Shown here piece after piece: positions 1 through 13,150 of a DNA stretch of 64,000 nt. The first letter of the stretch is position 1; every line of letters begins with the position of its first letter. The notes below the pieces were generated by a model. It did not search any database and was not told the origin of the DNA. It saw nothing but the letters and a program-made list of their open reading frames with translations. Source of the DNA: the human T2T-CHM13v2.0 reference genome, Homo sapiens; the NCBI RefSeq assembly GCF_009914755.1, contig NC_060948.1. The stretch is one strand, 5' to 3'. Both the position numbers and the translations under genes were made by a program.

Positions 1-298
1 TGAAGCTGCAGACCCTAGTGTTGAGTGTTACAGCACTTAAAGGTGTTATGTCCAGAGTTTTTTCCTTCAGATGTCTCCAGAGTTTCTTCCTTCTGGAAGG
101 TTCGTGGTCTTGTTCACTTCAAGAATGATGCTGCAGACCTTAGTGGTGAGTGTTACAGCACTAAAAGGTGTTATGTCCAGAGTTTCTTCCTGCAGAAATA
201 TCCAGAGTTTCTTCCTTCTGGCAGGTTTATGGTCTTGCTCACTTTAAGAATGAAGCTGCAGACCTTACTGGTGAGTGTTACAGCAGTTAAAGTTGTTA

Positions 299-343
299 TG
301 TCCAGAGTTTGTTCCTTCAGATGTGTCCAGAGTTTCTTCCTTT
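299..343 (+). repeat. Internal 20-bp direct repeat within each monomer (example copy)
   Basis: tgtccagagtttgttccttc (monomer positions 49-68) and tgtccagagtttcttccttc (positions 74-93) lie 25 bp apart with 1 mismatch in the consensus. Confidence 0.95.
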
Positions 344-3300
344 TGGCAGGTTCAGGGTCTTGCTCACTTCAAGAATGAAGCTGCAGACCTTAGTGGTGAG
401 TGTTACAGCTCTTAAAGCTGTTATGTCCAGAGTTTTTTCCTTCAGATGTGTCCAGAGTTTCTTCCTTCTGGCAGGTTCGTGGTCTTCCTCACTTCCTTAA
501 TGAAGCTGCAGACCATACTGGTGAGTGTTACAACACTTAAAGCTGTTATGTCCAGAGATTTTTGCTTTACATATGTCCAGAGTTTCTTCCTTCTGACAGT
601 TTCATGGTCTTGCTCACTTTATGAATGAAGCTGCAGACCTTACTGGTGAGTGTTACAGCACTTAAAGGTGTTATTTCCAGAGTTTGTTCCTTCAGATATG
701 TCCAGAGTTTCTTCCTTCTGGCAGGTTCCTGGTCTTGCTCACTTCAAGAATGAAGCTGCAGACCTTTGCGGTGAGTGTTACAACACCTAAAGGTGTTATA
801 TCCAGAGTTTCTTCCTTCAGATGTGTCCAGAGTTTCTTCCTTCTGTCAGGTTCACGGTCTTGCTCACTTCAAGAATGAAGCTGCAGACCTTACTGTTTAG
901 TGTAACAGCACTTAAAGGTGTTATTTCCAGAGTTTGTTCCTTCAGATGTGTCCAGAGTTTCTTCCTTCTGGCAGGTTCATGTTATTGCTCCCTTCCCGAA
1001 TGAAGCTGCAGACCTTACTGTTGAGTGTTAAAGCACTGAACGGTGATATGTCCAGAGTTTGTTCCTTCAGATCTGTCCAGAGTTTCTTCTTCTTGCAGAT
1101 TCATGGTGTTGCTCACTTGAAGAATGAAGCTGCAGACCTTTGTGATGAGTGTTACAGCACTTTAAGATGTTATGTCCAGAGTTTTTTCCTTCAGATGTGT
1201 CCAGAATTTCTTCCTTCTGGCAGGTTCATGGTCTTGCTCACTTCACTAATGAAGCTGCAGACCTTACTAGTGAGTGTTACAGCACTTAAAGGTGTTATGT
1301 ACAGAGTTTGTTAATTCAGATGTGTCCAGAGTTTCTGTCTTCCGGCAGGTTCATGGTCTTGCTCACTTCAAGAGCGAAGCTGCAGACCTTAGTGGTGAGT
1401 GTTACAGCACTTAAAGGTGTTATCTCCAGAGTTTTTTCCTACACATGTGTCCAGCGTTTCTTCCTTCTGGCAGGTTCATGGTCTTGCACACTTCAAGATT
1501 GAAGCTGCAGACCTTACTGTTGAGTTTTAAAGCACTTAAAGGTTTTATGTCCAGAGATTGTTCCTTCAGATGTGTCTAGAGTTTCTTCCTTCTGGCAGGT
1601 TCACGGTCTTGCTCACTTCAAGAATGAAGCTGCAGACCTTACTGGTGAGTGTTACAGCACATTAAGGTGTTATGTCCAGAGTTTTTTCCTTCAGATGTGT
1701 CCAGAGATTCTTCCTACTGGCAGGATCATGGTCTTGTTCACTTCAAGAATGAAGCTGCAGACCTTACTGGTGAGGGTTACAGCACTTAAAGGTGTTATGT
1801 CCAGAGTTTGTTCCTTCAGATGTGTCCAGAGTTTCTTCCTTCTCGCAGGTTCGTGGTCTTCTTCACTTCCTTAATTAAGCTGCAGACCATACTGGTGAGT
1901 GTTACAGCACTTACAGCTGTTATGTCCAGATATTTTTGCTTTAGATATGTCCAGAGTTTCTTCCTTCTGACAGTTTCATTGTCTTGCTCACTTCAAGAAT
2001 GAAGCTGCAGACCTTACTGGTGAGTGTTACAGCACTTAAAGGTGTTATTTCCAGAGTTTGTTCCTTCAGATGTGTCCAGAGTTTCTTCCTTCTGGCAGGT
2101 TCATGGTCTTGTTCACTTCACTAATGAAGCTGCAGACCTTACTAGTGAGTGTTACAGCACTTAAAGGTGTTATGTCCAGAGTTTTTTCCTTCAGATGTGT
2201 CGAGAGTTTCTGTCTTTTGGCAGGTTCATGTTCTTGCTCACTTCAAGAACGAAGCTGCAGACCTTAGTGGTGAGTGTTACAGCACTTAAAGGTGTTATGT
2301 CCAGAATTATTTCCTTCAGATGTGTCCAGAGTTTCTCCCGTCTGGCAGGTTCATGGTCTTGCTCACTTCAAGTATGAAGCTGCACACCTTAGTGTTGAGT
2401 GTTACAGCACTTAAAGATGTTATGTCCAGAGTTTGTTCCTTCAGAAGTGTCCAGAGTTTCTTCCTTCTTGCAGGTTCGTGGTCTTGCTCACTTCCTTAAT
2501 GAAGCTGCAGATCTTACTGGTGATTGTTACAGCACTTAAAGGTGTTATGTCCTGAGTTTTTTCCTTCAGATGTGTCCAGTGTTTCTTCCTTCTGGCAGGT
2601 TCATAGTCTTGCTCACTTCAAGAATGAAGCTGCAGACTATTTTGGTGAGTGTTACAGCAGTTAAAGATGTTATGTCCAGAATTTGTTCCTTCAGATGTGT
2701 CCAGAGTTTCTTCCTTCTGGCAGGTTCATAGTCTTGCTCACTTCAAGAATGAAGCTGCAGACCTTACTGGTGAGTGTTACGGCACTTAAAGGTGTTATGT
2801 CCAGAGTTTGGTCCTTCAGATGCGTCCACAGTTTCTTTCTTCTTGCAGGTTCATTGTCTTGCTCATTTCAAGAATGAAGCTGCAGACCTTAGTGGTGAGT
2901 GTTACAGCATTTAAAGGTGTTATGTCCAGGGTTTGTTCATTCAGATGTGTCCAGAGTGCCTTCCTTCTGGCAGGTTCATGCTCTTGCTCACTTCACTAAT
3001 GAAGCTGCAGACCTTACTGGTGAGTGTTACAGCACTTAAAGGTGTTATGTCCAGAGTTTGTTCCTTCAGATGTGCCCAGGGTTTCTGTCTTCTGGCAGGT
3101 TTATGGTCTTGCTCACTTCAAGAATGAAGCCCCTGACCTTAGTGGTGAGTGTTACATCACTTAATGGTGTTATGTCCAGAGTTTTTTCCTTCAGATGTCT
3201 AGCATTTCTTCCTTCTGGCAGGTTCATGGTGTTGCTCAATTCAAGAATGAAGCTGCAGACATTACTGTTGAGTGTTAAGGCACTTAAAGGTGTTATGTAC

Positions 3301-6300
3301 AGAGTTTGTTCCTTCAGATATGTCCAGAGTTTCTTCCTTCTGGCAGGTTCATGGTGTTCCTCACTTCAAGAATGAAGCTGCAGACCTTAGTGTTGAGTGT
3401 TACAGCAGTTAAAGGTGCTATGTCCAGAGATTTTTCCTTCAGATATCTCCAGAGTTTCTTCCTTCTGGCAGGTTCGTGGTCTTGTTCACTTCAAGAATGA
3501 TGCTGCAGACCTTAGTGGTGAGTGTTACAGCACTGAAAGGTGTTATGTCCAGAGTTTGTTCCTTCAGAGGTATCCAGAGTTTCTTCCTTCTAGCAGGTTT
3601 ATGGTTTTGCTCACTTTAAGAATGAAGCTGCAGACCTTACTGGTGAGTGTTACATAGCTTAAAGTTGTTATGTCCAGAGTTTGTTCCTTCAGATGTGTCC
3701 AGAGTTTCTTCCTTCTGGCAGGTTCATGGTCTTGCTCACTTCAAGAATGAAGCTGCAGACCTTAGTGTTGAGTGTTACAGCACTTAAAGGTGTTATGTCC
3801 AGAGTTTGTTCCTTCAGATGTGTCCAGAGTTTCTTCCTTCTGGCATGTTCATGGTCTTTCTCACTTCAAGAATGAAGCTGCAGATCGTACTGGTGAGTGT
3901 TACAGCACTTAAAGGTGTTATGTCCGGAGTTTGTTTCTGCAGATGTGTCCAGATTTTCTTCCTTCTGGCAGGTTAATGCTCTTTCTCACTTCAACAATGA
4001 AGCTGCAGACCTTAGTGGTGAGTGTTACAGCAGTTAAAGGTGTTATGTCCAGAGTTTGTTCCTTCAGATGTGTCAAGTGTTTCTTCCTTCAGGCAGGTTC
4101 GTGGTCTTGCTCACTTCCTTAATGAAGCTGCAGACCTTACTGTTGAGTGTTACAGCACTTAAAGGTGTTATGTCCAGAGTTTGGTCCTTCAGATGTGTCC
4201 AGAGTTACTTCCTTCTGGCAGGTTCATGGTCTTGCTCACTTCAAGAATGAAGCTGCAGACCCTTGCGGTGAGTGTTGCAGCACTTAAAGTGTTATGTCCA
4301 GAGTTTGTTCCTTCAGATGTGTCCAGAGTTTCTTCCTTCTGGCAGGTTCACGGTCTTGCTCACTTCAAGATTGAAGCTGCAGACCATACTGGTGAGTGTT
4401 ACTGCACTTTAAGTTGTTATGTCCAGAGTTTGTTCCCTCAGATGTGTCCAGAGTTCCTTCTTTCTGGCAGGTTCATGATCTTGCTCACTTCAAGAATGAA
4501 GCTGCAGACCTTTGCGGTGAGTGTTACAACACCTAAAGGTGTTATATCCAGAGTTTGTTCCTTCAGATGTGTCCAGAGTTTCTTCCTTCTGGCAGGTTCA
4601 CGGTCTTGCTCACTTCAGGAATGAAGCTGTAGACCTTAGTGGTGAGTGTTACAGCACTTAAATGTGTTATGTCCAGAGTTTGTTCCTTCAGATGTGTCCA
4701 GAGTTTCTTCCTTCTGGCAGGTTCGTGGTCTTGCTCACTTCCTTAATGAAGCTGCAGACCTTACTGGTGAGTGTTACAGCACTTAAAGTTGTTATGTCCA
4801 GAGTTTTTTCTTCAGATGTGTCCAGAGTTTCTTCCTTCTGTCAGTTTCGTGGTCTTCCTCACTTCAAGAATGAAGCTGCAGACCTTACTGGTGAGTGTTA
4901 CAGCACTTAAAGGTGTTATGTCCAGAGTTTGTTCCTTCAGATGTGTCCAGAGTGTCTTCCTTCTGGAAGGTTCATGGTCTTGCTCACTTCACTAATGAAG
5001 CTGCAGACCTTACTGGTGAGTTTTACAGCACTTAAAGGTGTTATGTCCAGAGTTTTTCCTTAAGATGTGTCCAGCGTTTCTTCCTTCTTGCAGGTTCATG
5101 GTCTTGCTCACTTCAAGAATGAAGCTGCAGACTTTACTGTTGAGTGTTAAAGCACTTAAAGGTGTTATATCCAGAGTTTGTTCCTTCAGAAGTGTCCAGA
5201 GTTTCTTCCTTCTGGCAGGTTCATGGTCTTGCTCACTTCAAGAATGAATCTGCAGACTTTTGTGGTGAGTGTTACAGCAGTTAAAGATGTTATGTCCAGA
5301 ATTTCTTCCTTCAGATGTGTCCAGAGTTTCTTCCTTCTGGCAGGTTCATGGTCTTGCTCACTTCAAGAATGAAGCTGCAGACCTTACTGGTGAGTGTTAC
5401 AGCACTTAAAGCTGTTATGTCCAGAGTTTGTTCCTTCAGATGTGTCCAGAGTTTCTTCCTTCTGGCAGGTTCGTGGTCTTCCTCACTTCAAGAATGAAGC
5501 TGCAGACCTTTCTGGTGAGTGTTACAGCACTTAAAGGTGTTATGTCCAGAGTTTGTTCCTTCAGATGTGTCCATTGTGTCTTCCTTCTGGCAGGTTCATG
5601 GTCTTGCTCACTTCACTAATTAAGTTGCAGACCTTACTGGTGAGTGTTACAGGACTTAAAGGTGTTATGTCCAGAGTTTTTTCCTTCAGATGTGTCCAGG
5701 GTTTCTGTCTTCTGGCAGGTTCATGGTCTTGCTCACTTCAAGAATGAAGCTGCCGACATTAGTGGTGAGTGTTACAGCACTTCAAGTTGTTATGTCCAGA
5801 GTTTTTTCCTTCAGATGTGTGCAGCGTTTCTTCCTTCTGGCAGGTTCATGATCTTGCTCGCTTCAAGAATGAAGCTACAGACCTTACTGTTGAGTGTTAA
5901 AGCACTTAAAGGTGTTATATGCTGAGTTTGTTCCTTCAGATGTGTCCAGAGTTTCTTCCTTCTGGCAGGTTCATGGTGTTACTCACTTCAACAATGAAGC
6001 TGCAGACCTTAGTGTTGAGTGTTACAGCACTTAAAGGTGTTATATCCCGAGTTTGTTCCTTCAGATGTGTCTAGAGTTTCTTCCTTCTGACAGCTTCACG
6101 GTCTTGCTCACTTCAAGAATGAAGCTGCAGACCTTACGGGTGAGTGTTACAGCATTTTAAGGTGTGATGTCCAGAGCTTTTTCCTTCAGATGTGTCCAGA
6201 GTTTCTTCCTACTGGCAGGTTCATGGTCTTGGTCACTTCAAGAATGAAGGTGCAGACCTTACTGGTGCGTGTTACAGCACTTAAAAGTGTTATGTCCAGA

Positions 6301-9149
6301 GTTTGTTCCTTCAGATGTGTCCAGAGTTTCTTCCTTCCGGCAGGTTCATGGTCTTGCTCACTTCAAGAATGAAGCTGCAGACCTTAGTGGTGAGTGTTAA
6401 AGCACTTAAAGGTGTTATGTCCGGAGTTTGTTCCTTCAGATGTGTCCAGAGTTTCTTCCTTCTGGGAGGTTCAGGGTCTTGCTCACTTCAATAATGAAGC
6501 TGCAGACCTTAATGGGGAGTGTTACACACTTAAAGGTGTTTTGTCCATAGTTTGTTCCTTCAGATGTGTCCAGAGTTTCTTCCTTCTAGCAGGTTCATTG
6601 TCTTGCTCATTTCAAGAATTAAGCCGCAGACCTTACTGGTGAGTGTTACAGCACTTAAAGCTGTTATGTGCAGAGTTTTTTCCTCCAGATGTTTCCAGAG
6701 TTTCTTCCTTCTGGCAGGTTCGTGGTCTTGCTCACTTCTTTAATGAAGCTGCGGACCTTACTGGTGAGTGCTACAGCACTTAAAGGTGTTATGTCCAGAG
6801 TTTCTTTCTTCAGATGTGTCAAGAGTTTCTTCCTTCTGGCAGTTTCGTGGTCTTCCTCACTTCTAGAATGTAGCTGCAGACCTTACTGGTGAGTTTTACA
6901 GCTCTTTAAGGTGTTATGTCCAGAGTTTTTTCCTTCAGATCTGTCCGGAGTTTTTTCCTACTGGTAGGTTCATGGTCTTGGTCACGTCAAGAATGAAGCT
7001 GCAGACCTTACTGTTGAGTTTTAAAGCACTTAAAGGTGTTAGGTCCAGAGTTTGTTCCTTCAGATGTGTCCAGAGTTTCTTCCTTCTGGCAGGTTCATGG
7101 TCTTGCTCACTTCAAGAATGAAGCTGCAGACCTTAGTGGTGAGTGTTACAGCAATTAAAGGTGGTATGTCCAGAGTTTTTTCCTTCAGATGTGTCCAGAG
7201 TGTCTTCCTTCTGGCAGGTTCATGGTCTTGCTCACTTCACTAATGAAGCTGCAGACCTTACTGGTGAGTGCTACAGCACTTAAAGGTGTTATGTCCAGAG
7301 TTTGTTCCTTCAGATGTGTCCAGGGTTTCTGTCTTCTGGCAGGTTCATGGTCTTGCTCACTTCAAGAATGAAGCTGCCGACCTTAATGGTGAGTGTTACA
7401 GCAGTTAAAGCTGATATGTCCAGAGTTTTTTCCTTCAGATGTGTCCAGAGTTTCTTCCTTCTGGCAGCTTCATGGTGTTGCTCACTTCAAGAATGAAGCT
7501 GCAGACCTTAGTGTTGAGTGTTACAGCACTTAAAGGTGTTATGTCCAGAGTTTGTTCCTTCAGATGTGTCCAGAGTTTCTTCCTTCTTGCAGGTTCCTGA
7601 TCTTGCTCACTTCCTTAATGAAGCTGCAGACCTTACTGGTGAGTGTTACAGCACTTAAAGGTGTTATGTCCAGAGTTTGTTCCTTCAGATGTGTCCAGGG
7701 TTTCTTCCTTCTGTCAGGTTCATGGTCTTGCTCACTTCAAGAATGAAGCTGCAGACCTTACTGGTGAGTGTTACAGCACTTAAAGCTGTTATGTCCAGAG
7801 TTTGTTCCTTCAGATGTTTCCAGAGTATCTTCCTTCTGGCAGGTTCGTGGTCTTGCTAACTTCTTTAATGAAGCTGCAGACCTTACTGGTGAGTGTTACA
7901 GCACTTAAAGGTGTTATGTCCAGAGTTTTTTTCTTCAGATGTGTCCAGAGTTTCTTCCTTCTGGCAGTTTCGTGGTCTTCCTCACTTCAAGAATGAAGCT
8001 GCAGACCTTACTAGTGAGTTTTACAGCACTTAAAGGTGTTATGTACAGAGTTTGTTCATTCAGATGTGTCCAGAGTGTCTTCCTTCTGGCAGGTTCATGG
8101 TCTTGCTCACTTCACTAATGAAGCTGCAGACCTTACTGGTGAGTGTTACAGCACTTAAAGGTGTTATGTCCAGAGTTTGTTCCTTCAGATGTGTCCAGAG
8201 TTTCTTCCTTCTAGCGGGTTCATTGTCTTGCTCATTTCAAGAATTAAGCTGCAGACTTAGTTGTGAGTGTTACAGCACTTAAAGCTGTTATGTCCAGAGT
8301 TTGTTCCTTCAGATGTGTCAAGAGTTTCTTCCTTCTGGCAGGTTCATTGTGTTGCTCAATTCAAGAAAGAAGCTGCAGAACTTACTGGTGAGTGTTACAG
8401 CACTTAAATCTGTTATTTCCAGAGTTTGTTCCTTCAGATGTTTCCAGAGTTTCTTCCTTCTGGCAGGTTCGTGGTCTTGCTCACTTCTTTAATGAAGCTG
8501 CAGACCTTACTGGTGAGTGTTACAGCACTTAAAGGTGTTATGTCCAGAGTTTGTTCCTTCAGATGTGTCCAGAGTTTCTTCTTTCTTGCACGTTCGTGGT
8601 CTTGCTCACTTCCTTAATGAAGCTGCAGACCTTTCTGGTGAGTGTTACAGCACTTAAAGGTGTTATGTCCACAGTTTTTTCCTTCAGATGTGTCCAGTGT
8701 TTCTTCCTTCTGGCAGGTTCATGGTCTTGCTCATTTCAAGAATGGAGCTGCAGACTTTTGTGTTGAGTGTTACAGCAGTTAAAGTTGTTATGTCCAGAAT
8801 TTGTTCCTTCTGATGGGTCCAGTGTTTCTTCCTTCTGGCAGTTTCATGGTCTTTCTCACTTCAAGAATGGAGCTGCAGACCTTACTGGTGAGTGTTACAG
8901 CACTTAAAGGTGTTATGTCCAGAGATTGTTCCTTCAGATGCGTCCAGAGTTTCTACCTTCTGGCAGGTTCATGGTCTTGGTCACTTCAAGAATGAAGGTG
9001 CAGACCTTAGTGGTGAGTGTGACAGCACTTAAAGGTGTTATATCCAGACTTTGTTCCTTCAGATATATCCAGAGTTTCTTCCTTCTGGCAGGTTCATTGT
9101 CTTGCTCATTTCAAGAATGAAGCTGCAGACCTTAGTGGTGAGTTTTACA

Positions 9150-12100
9150 GCACTTAAAGGTGTTATGTCCTGACTTTGTTCCTTCAGATGTGTCCAGCGT
9201 TTCTTCCTTCTGGCAGGTTCATGATCTTTCTCACTTCAAGAATGAAGCTACAGACCTTACTGTTGAGTGTTAAGGCACTTAAACGTGTTATGTCCATAGT
9301 TTGTTCCTTCAGATGTGTCCAGAGTTTCTTCCTTCTGGCAGATTCATGGTCTTGCTCACTTCAAGAATGAAGCTGCAGACCTTAGTGTTGAGTGTTACAG
9401 CACTTAAAGGTGTTATGTCCAGAGTTTTTTCCTTCAGATATGTCCAGCGTTTCTTCCTTCTGGCAGGTTCATGGTGTTGCTCACTTCAAGAATGAAGCTG
9501 CAGACCTTACTGTTGAGTGTTAAAGCACTTAAAGGTGTTATCTCCAGAGTTTGTTCCTTCAGATGTGTCCAGAGTTTCTTCCTTCTGGCAGGTTCATGGT
9601 GTTGCTCCCTTCAAGAATGAAGCTGCAGACCTTAGTGTTGAGTGTTACAGCACTTAAAGGTGTTATGTCCAGAGTTTGTTCCTTCAGATGTGTCCAGAGT
9701 TTCTTCCTTCTTGCAGGTTCGTGGTCTTGCTCACTTCCTTAATGTAGCTGCAGACCTTCCTGGTGAGTATTACAGCACTTAAAGGTGTTATGTCCAGAGT
9801 TTGTTCCTTAAGATGTGTCCAGTGTTTCTTCCTTCTGGCAGGTTCATGGTGTTACTCACTTCAAGAATGAAGCTGCAGACCTTACTGGTGAGTGTTACAG
9901 CAGTTAAAGTTGTTATGTCCAGAATTTGTTCCTTCAGATGTGTCCAGTGTTTCTTCCTTCTGGCAGGTTCATGGTCTTGCTCACTTCAAGAATGAAGCTG
10001 CAGACCTTACTGGTGAGTGTTACAGCACTTAAAGCTGTTATGTCCAGAGTTTGTTCCTTCAGATGTTTCCAGAGTTTCTTCCTTCTGGCAGGGTCGTGGT
10101 CTTGCTCCCTTCTTTAATGAAGCTGCAGACCTTACTGGTGAGTGTTACAGCACTTAAAGGTGTTATGTCCAGAGTTTTTTCCTTCAGATGTGTCCGGAGT
10201 TTCTTCCTACTGGTAGGTTCATGGTCTTGGTCACTTCAAGAATGAAGCTGCAGACCTTACTGTTGAGTTTTAAAGCACTTAAAGATGTTATGTCCAGAGT
10301 TTGTTCCTTCAGATATGTCCAGAGTTTCTTCCTTCTGGCAGGTTCATGGTCTTGCTCACTTCAAGAATGAAGCTGCAGACCTTAGTGGTGAGTGTTTCAG
10401 CAATTAAAGGTGTTATGTCCAGAGTTTGTTCCTTCAGATGTGTCCAGAGTGTCTTCCTTCTGGCAGGTTCATGGTCTTGCTCACTTCACTAATGAAGCTG
10501 CAGACCTTACTGGTGATTGTTACAGCACTTAAAGGTGTTATGTCTAGAGTTTCTTCCTTCAGATGTGTCCAGAGTTTCTTCCTTCTAGCAGGTTCATTGT
10601 CTTGCTCATTTCAAGAATTAAGCTGCAGACCTTACTTGTGAGTGTTAAAGCACTTAAAGGTGTTGTGTCCAGAGTTTTTTCCTTCAGATGTGTCCAGAGT
10701 TTCTTCCTTCTGGCAGGTTCATGGTGATGCTCACTTCAAGAATGAAGCTGCAGAACTTACTGGTGAGTGTTACAGCACTTAAAGGTGTTATTTCCAGAGT
10801 TTGTTTCCTCAGATGTGTCCAGAGTTTCTTCCTTCTGGCAGTTTCGTGGTCTTCCTCACTTCAAGAATGAAGCTGCAGTACTTACTGGTGAGTGTTACAG
10901 CACTTAAAGGGGTTATGTCCACAGTTTGTTCCTTCATATGTGTCCATTGTGTCCTCCTTCTGGCAGGTTCATGGTCTTGCTCACTTCACTAATGAAGCTG
11001 CAGACCTTACTGGTGAGTGTTACAGCACTTAAAGGTGTTATATCCAGAGTTTTTTCCTTCAGATGTGTCCAGGGTTTCTGTCTTCTGGCAGGTTCATGTC
11101 TTGCTCACTTCAAGAATGAAGCTGCCGACCTTAGTGGTGAGTGTTACAGCACTTAAAGGTGTTATGTCCAGACTTTGTTCCTTCAGATGTGTCCAGCGTT
11201 TCTTCCCTCTGGCAGGTTCATGATCTTTCTCACTTCAAGAATGAAGCTGCAGACCTTACTGTTGAATGTTAAGGCACTTAAAGGCGTTATGTCCATAGTT
11301 TGTTCCTTCAGATGTGTCCAGCGTTTCTTCCTTCTGGCAGATTCATGGTCTTGCTCACTTCAAGAATGAAGCTGCAGACCTTACTGTTGAGTGTTACAGC
11401 ACTTAAAGGTGTTATGTCCAGAGTTTTTTCCTTCAGATGTGTCCAGCGTTTCTTCCTTCTGGCAGGTTCATCGTCTTGCTCACTTCAAGAATGAAGCTGC
11501 AGACCTTACTGTTGAGTGTTAAAGCACTTAAAGGTGTTATCTCCAGAGTTTGTTCCTTCAGATGTGTCCAGAGTTTCTTCCTTCTGGCAGGTTCATGGTG
11601 TTGCTCACTTCAAGAATGAAGCTGCAGACCTTAGTGTTGAGTGTTACAGCACTTAAAGGTGTTATGTCCAGAGTTTGTTCCTTCAGATGTGTCCAGAGTT
11701 TCTTCCTTCTTGCAGGTTCGTGGTCTTGCTCACTTCCTTAATGAAGCTGCAGACCTTCCTGGTGAGTGTTACAGCACTTAAAGGTGTTATGTCCAGAGTT
11801 TGTTCCTTCAGATGTGTCCAGTGTTTCTTCCTTCTGGCAGGTTCATGGTGTTGCTCACTTCAAGAATGAAGCTGCAGACTTTTGTGGTGAGTGTTACAGC
11901 AGTTAAAGTTGTTATGTCCAGAATTTGTTCCTTCAGATGTGTCCAGTGTTTCTTCCTTCTGGCAGGTTCATGGTCTTGCTCACTTCAAGAATGAAGCTGC
12001 AGACCTTACTGGTTTGTGTTACAGCACTTAAAGCTGTTATGTCCAGTGTTTGTTCCTTCAGATGTTTCCAGAGTTTCTTCCTTCTGGCAGGTTCGTGGTC

Positions 12101-13150
12101 TTGCTCACTTCTTTAATGAAGCTGCAGACCTTACTGGTGAGTGTTACAGCACTTAAAGGTGTTATGTCCAGAGTTTTTTCTTCAGATGTGTCTAGAGTTT
12201 CTTCCTTCTGGCAGGTTCATGGTGTTGCTCACTTCAAGAATGAAGCTGCAGACCTTACTGGTGAGTGTTACAGCACTTAAAGCTGTTATGTCCAGAGTTT
12301 GTATCTTCAGATGTTTCCAGAGTTTCTTCCTTCTGGCAGGGTCGTGGTCTTGCTCACTTCTTTAATGAAGCTGCAGACCTTACTGGTGAGTGTTACAGCA
12401 CTTAAAGGTGTTATGTCCAGAGTTTTTTCTTCAGATGTGTCCAGACTTTCTTCCTTCTGGCAGTTTCGTGGTCTTCCTCACTTCAAGAATGAAGCTGCAG
12501 ACCTTAGTGGTGAGTGTTACAGCTCTTTAAGTTGTTATGTCCAGAGTTTTTTCCTTCAGATGTGTCCGGAGTTTCTTCCTACTGGTAGGTTCATGGTCTT
12601 GGTCACTTCAAGTATGAAGCTGCAGTCGTTACTGTTGAGTTTTAAAGCACTTAAAGGTGTTATGTCCAGAGTTTGCTCCTTCAGATGTGTCCAGAGTTTC
12701 TTCCTTCTGGCAGGTTCATGGTGATGCTCACTTCAAGAATGAAGCTGCAGAACTTACTGGTGAATGTTACAGCACTTAAAGGTGTTATGTCCAGAGTTTG
12801 TTTCCTCAGATGTGTCCAGAGTTTCTTCCTTCTGGCAGTTTCGTGGTCTTCCTCACTTCAAGAATGAAGCTGCAGAACTTACTGGTTTGTGTTACAGCAC
12901 TTAAAGGGGTTATGTCCACAGTTTGTTCCTTCATATGTGTCCATTGTGTCCTCGTTCTGGCAGGCTCATGGTCTTGCTCACTTCACTAATGAAGCTGCAG
13001 ACCTTACTGGTGAGTGTTACAGCACTTAAAGGTGTTATATCCAGAGTATTTTCCTTCAGATGTGTCCAGGTTTTCTGTCTTCTGGCAGGTTCATGTCTTG
13101 CTCACTTCAAGAATGAAGCTGCCGACCTTAGTGGTGAATGTTACAGCACT
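9150..13150. repeat. Imperfect ~2-kb (16-monomer) tandem duplication
   Basis: Rare variants recur at offsets of 1997-1999, e.g. ORFs 9176/11175, 10688/12673-region, 10801/12798 and 10926/12923. The middle of the block is rearranged. Confidence 0.7.

Noticed and set aside
118-125. ttcaagaa as a heat-shock element or STAT site in each monomer
   Set aside because: It has only two nGAAn units where a functional HSE normally needs three, and the TTC-N2-GAA spacing does not fit the canonical STAT TTC-N3-GAA.
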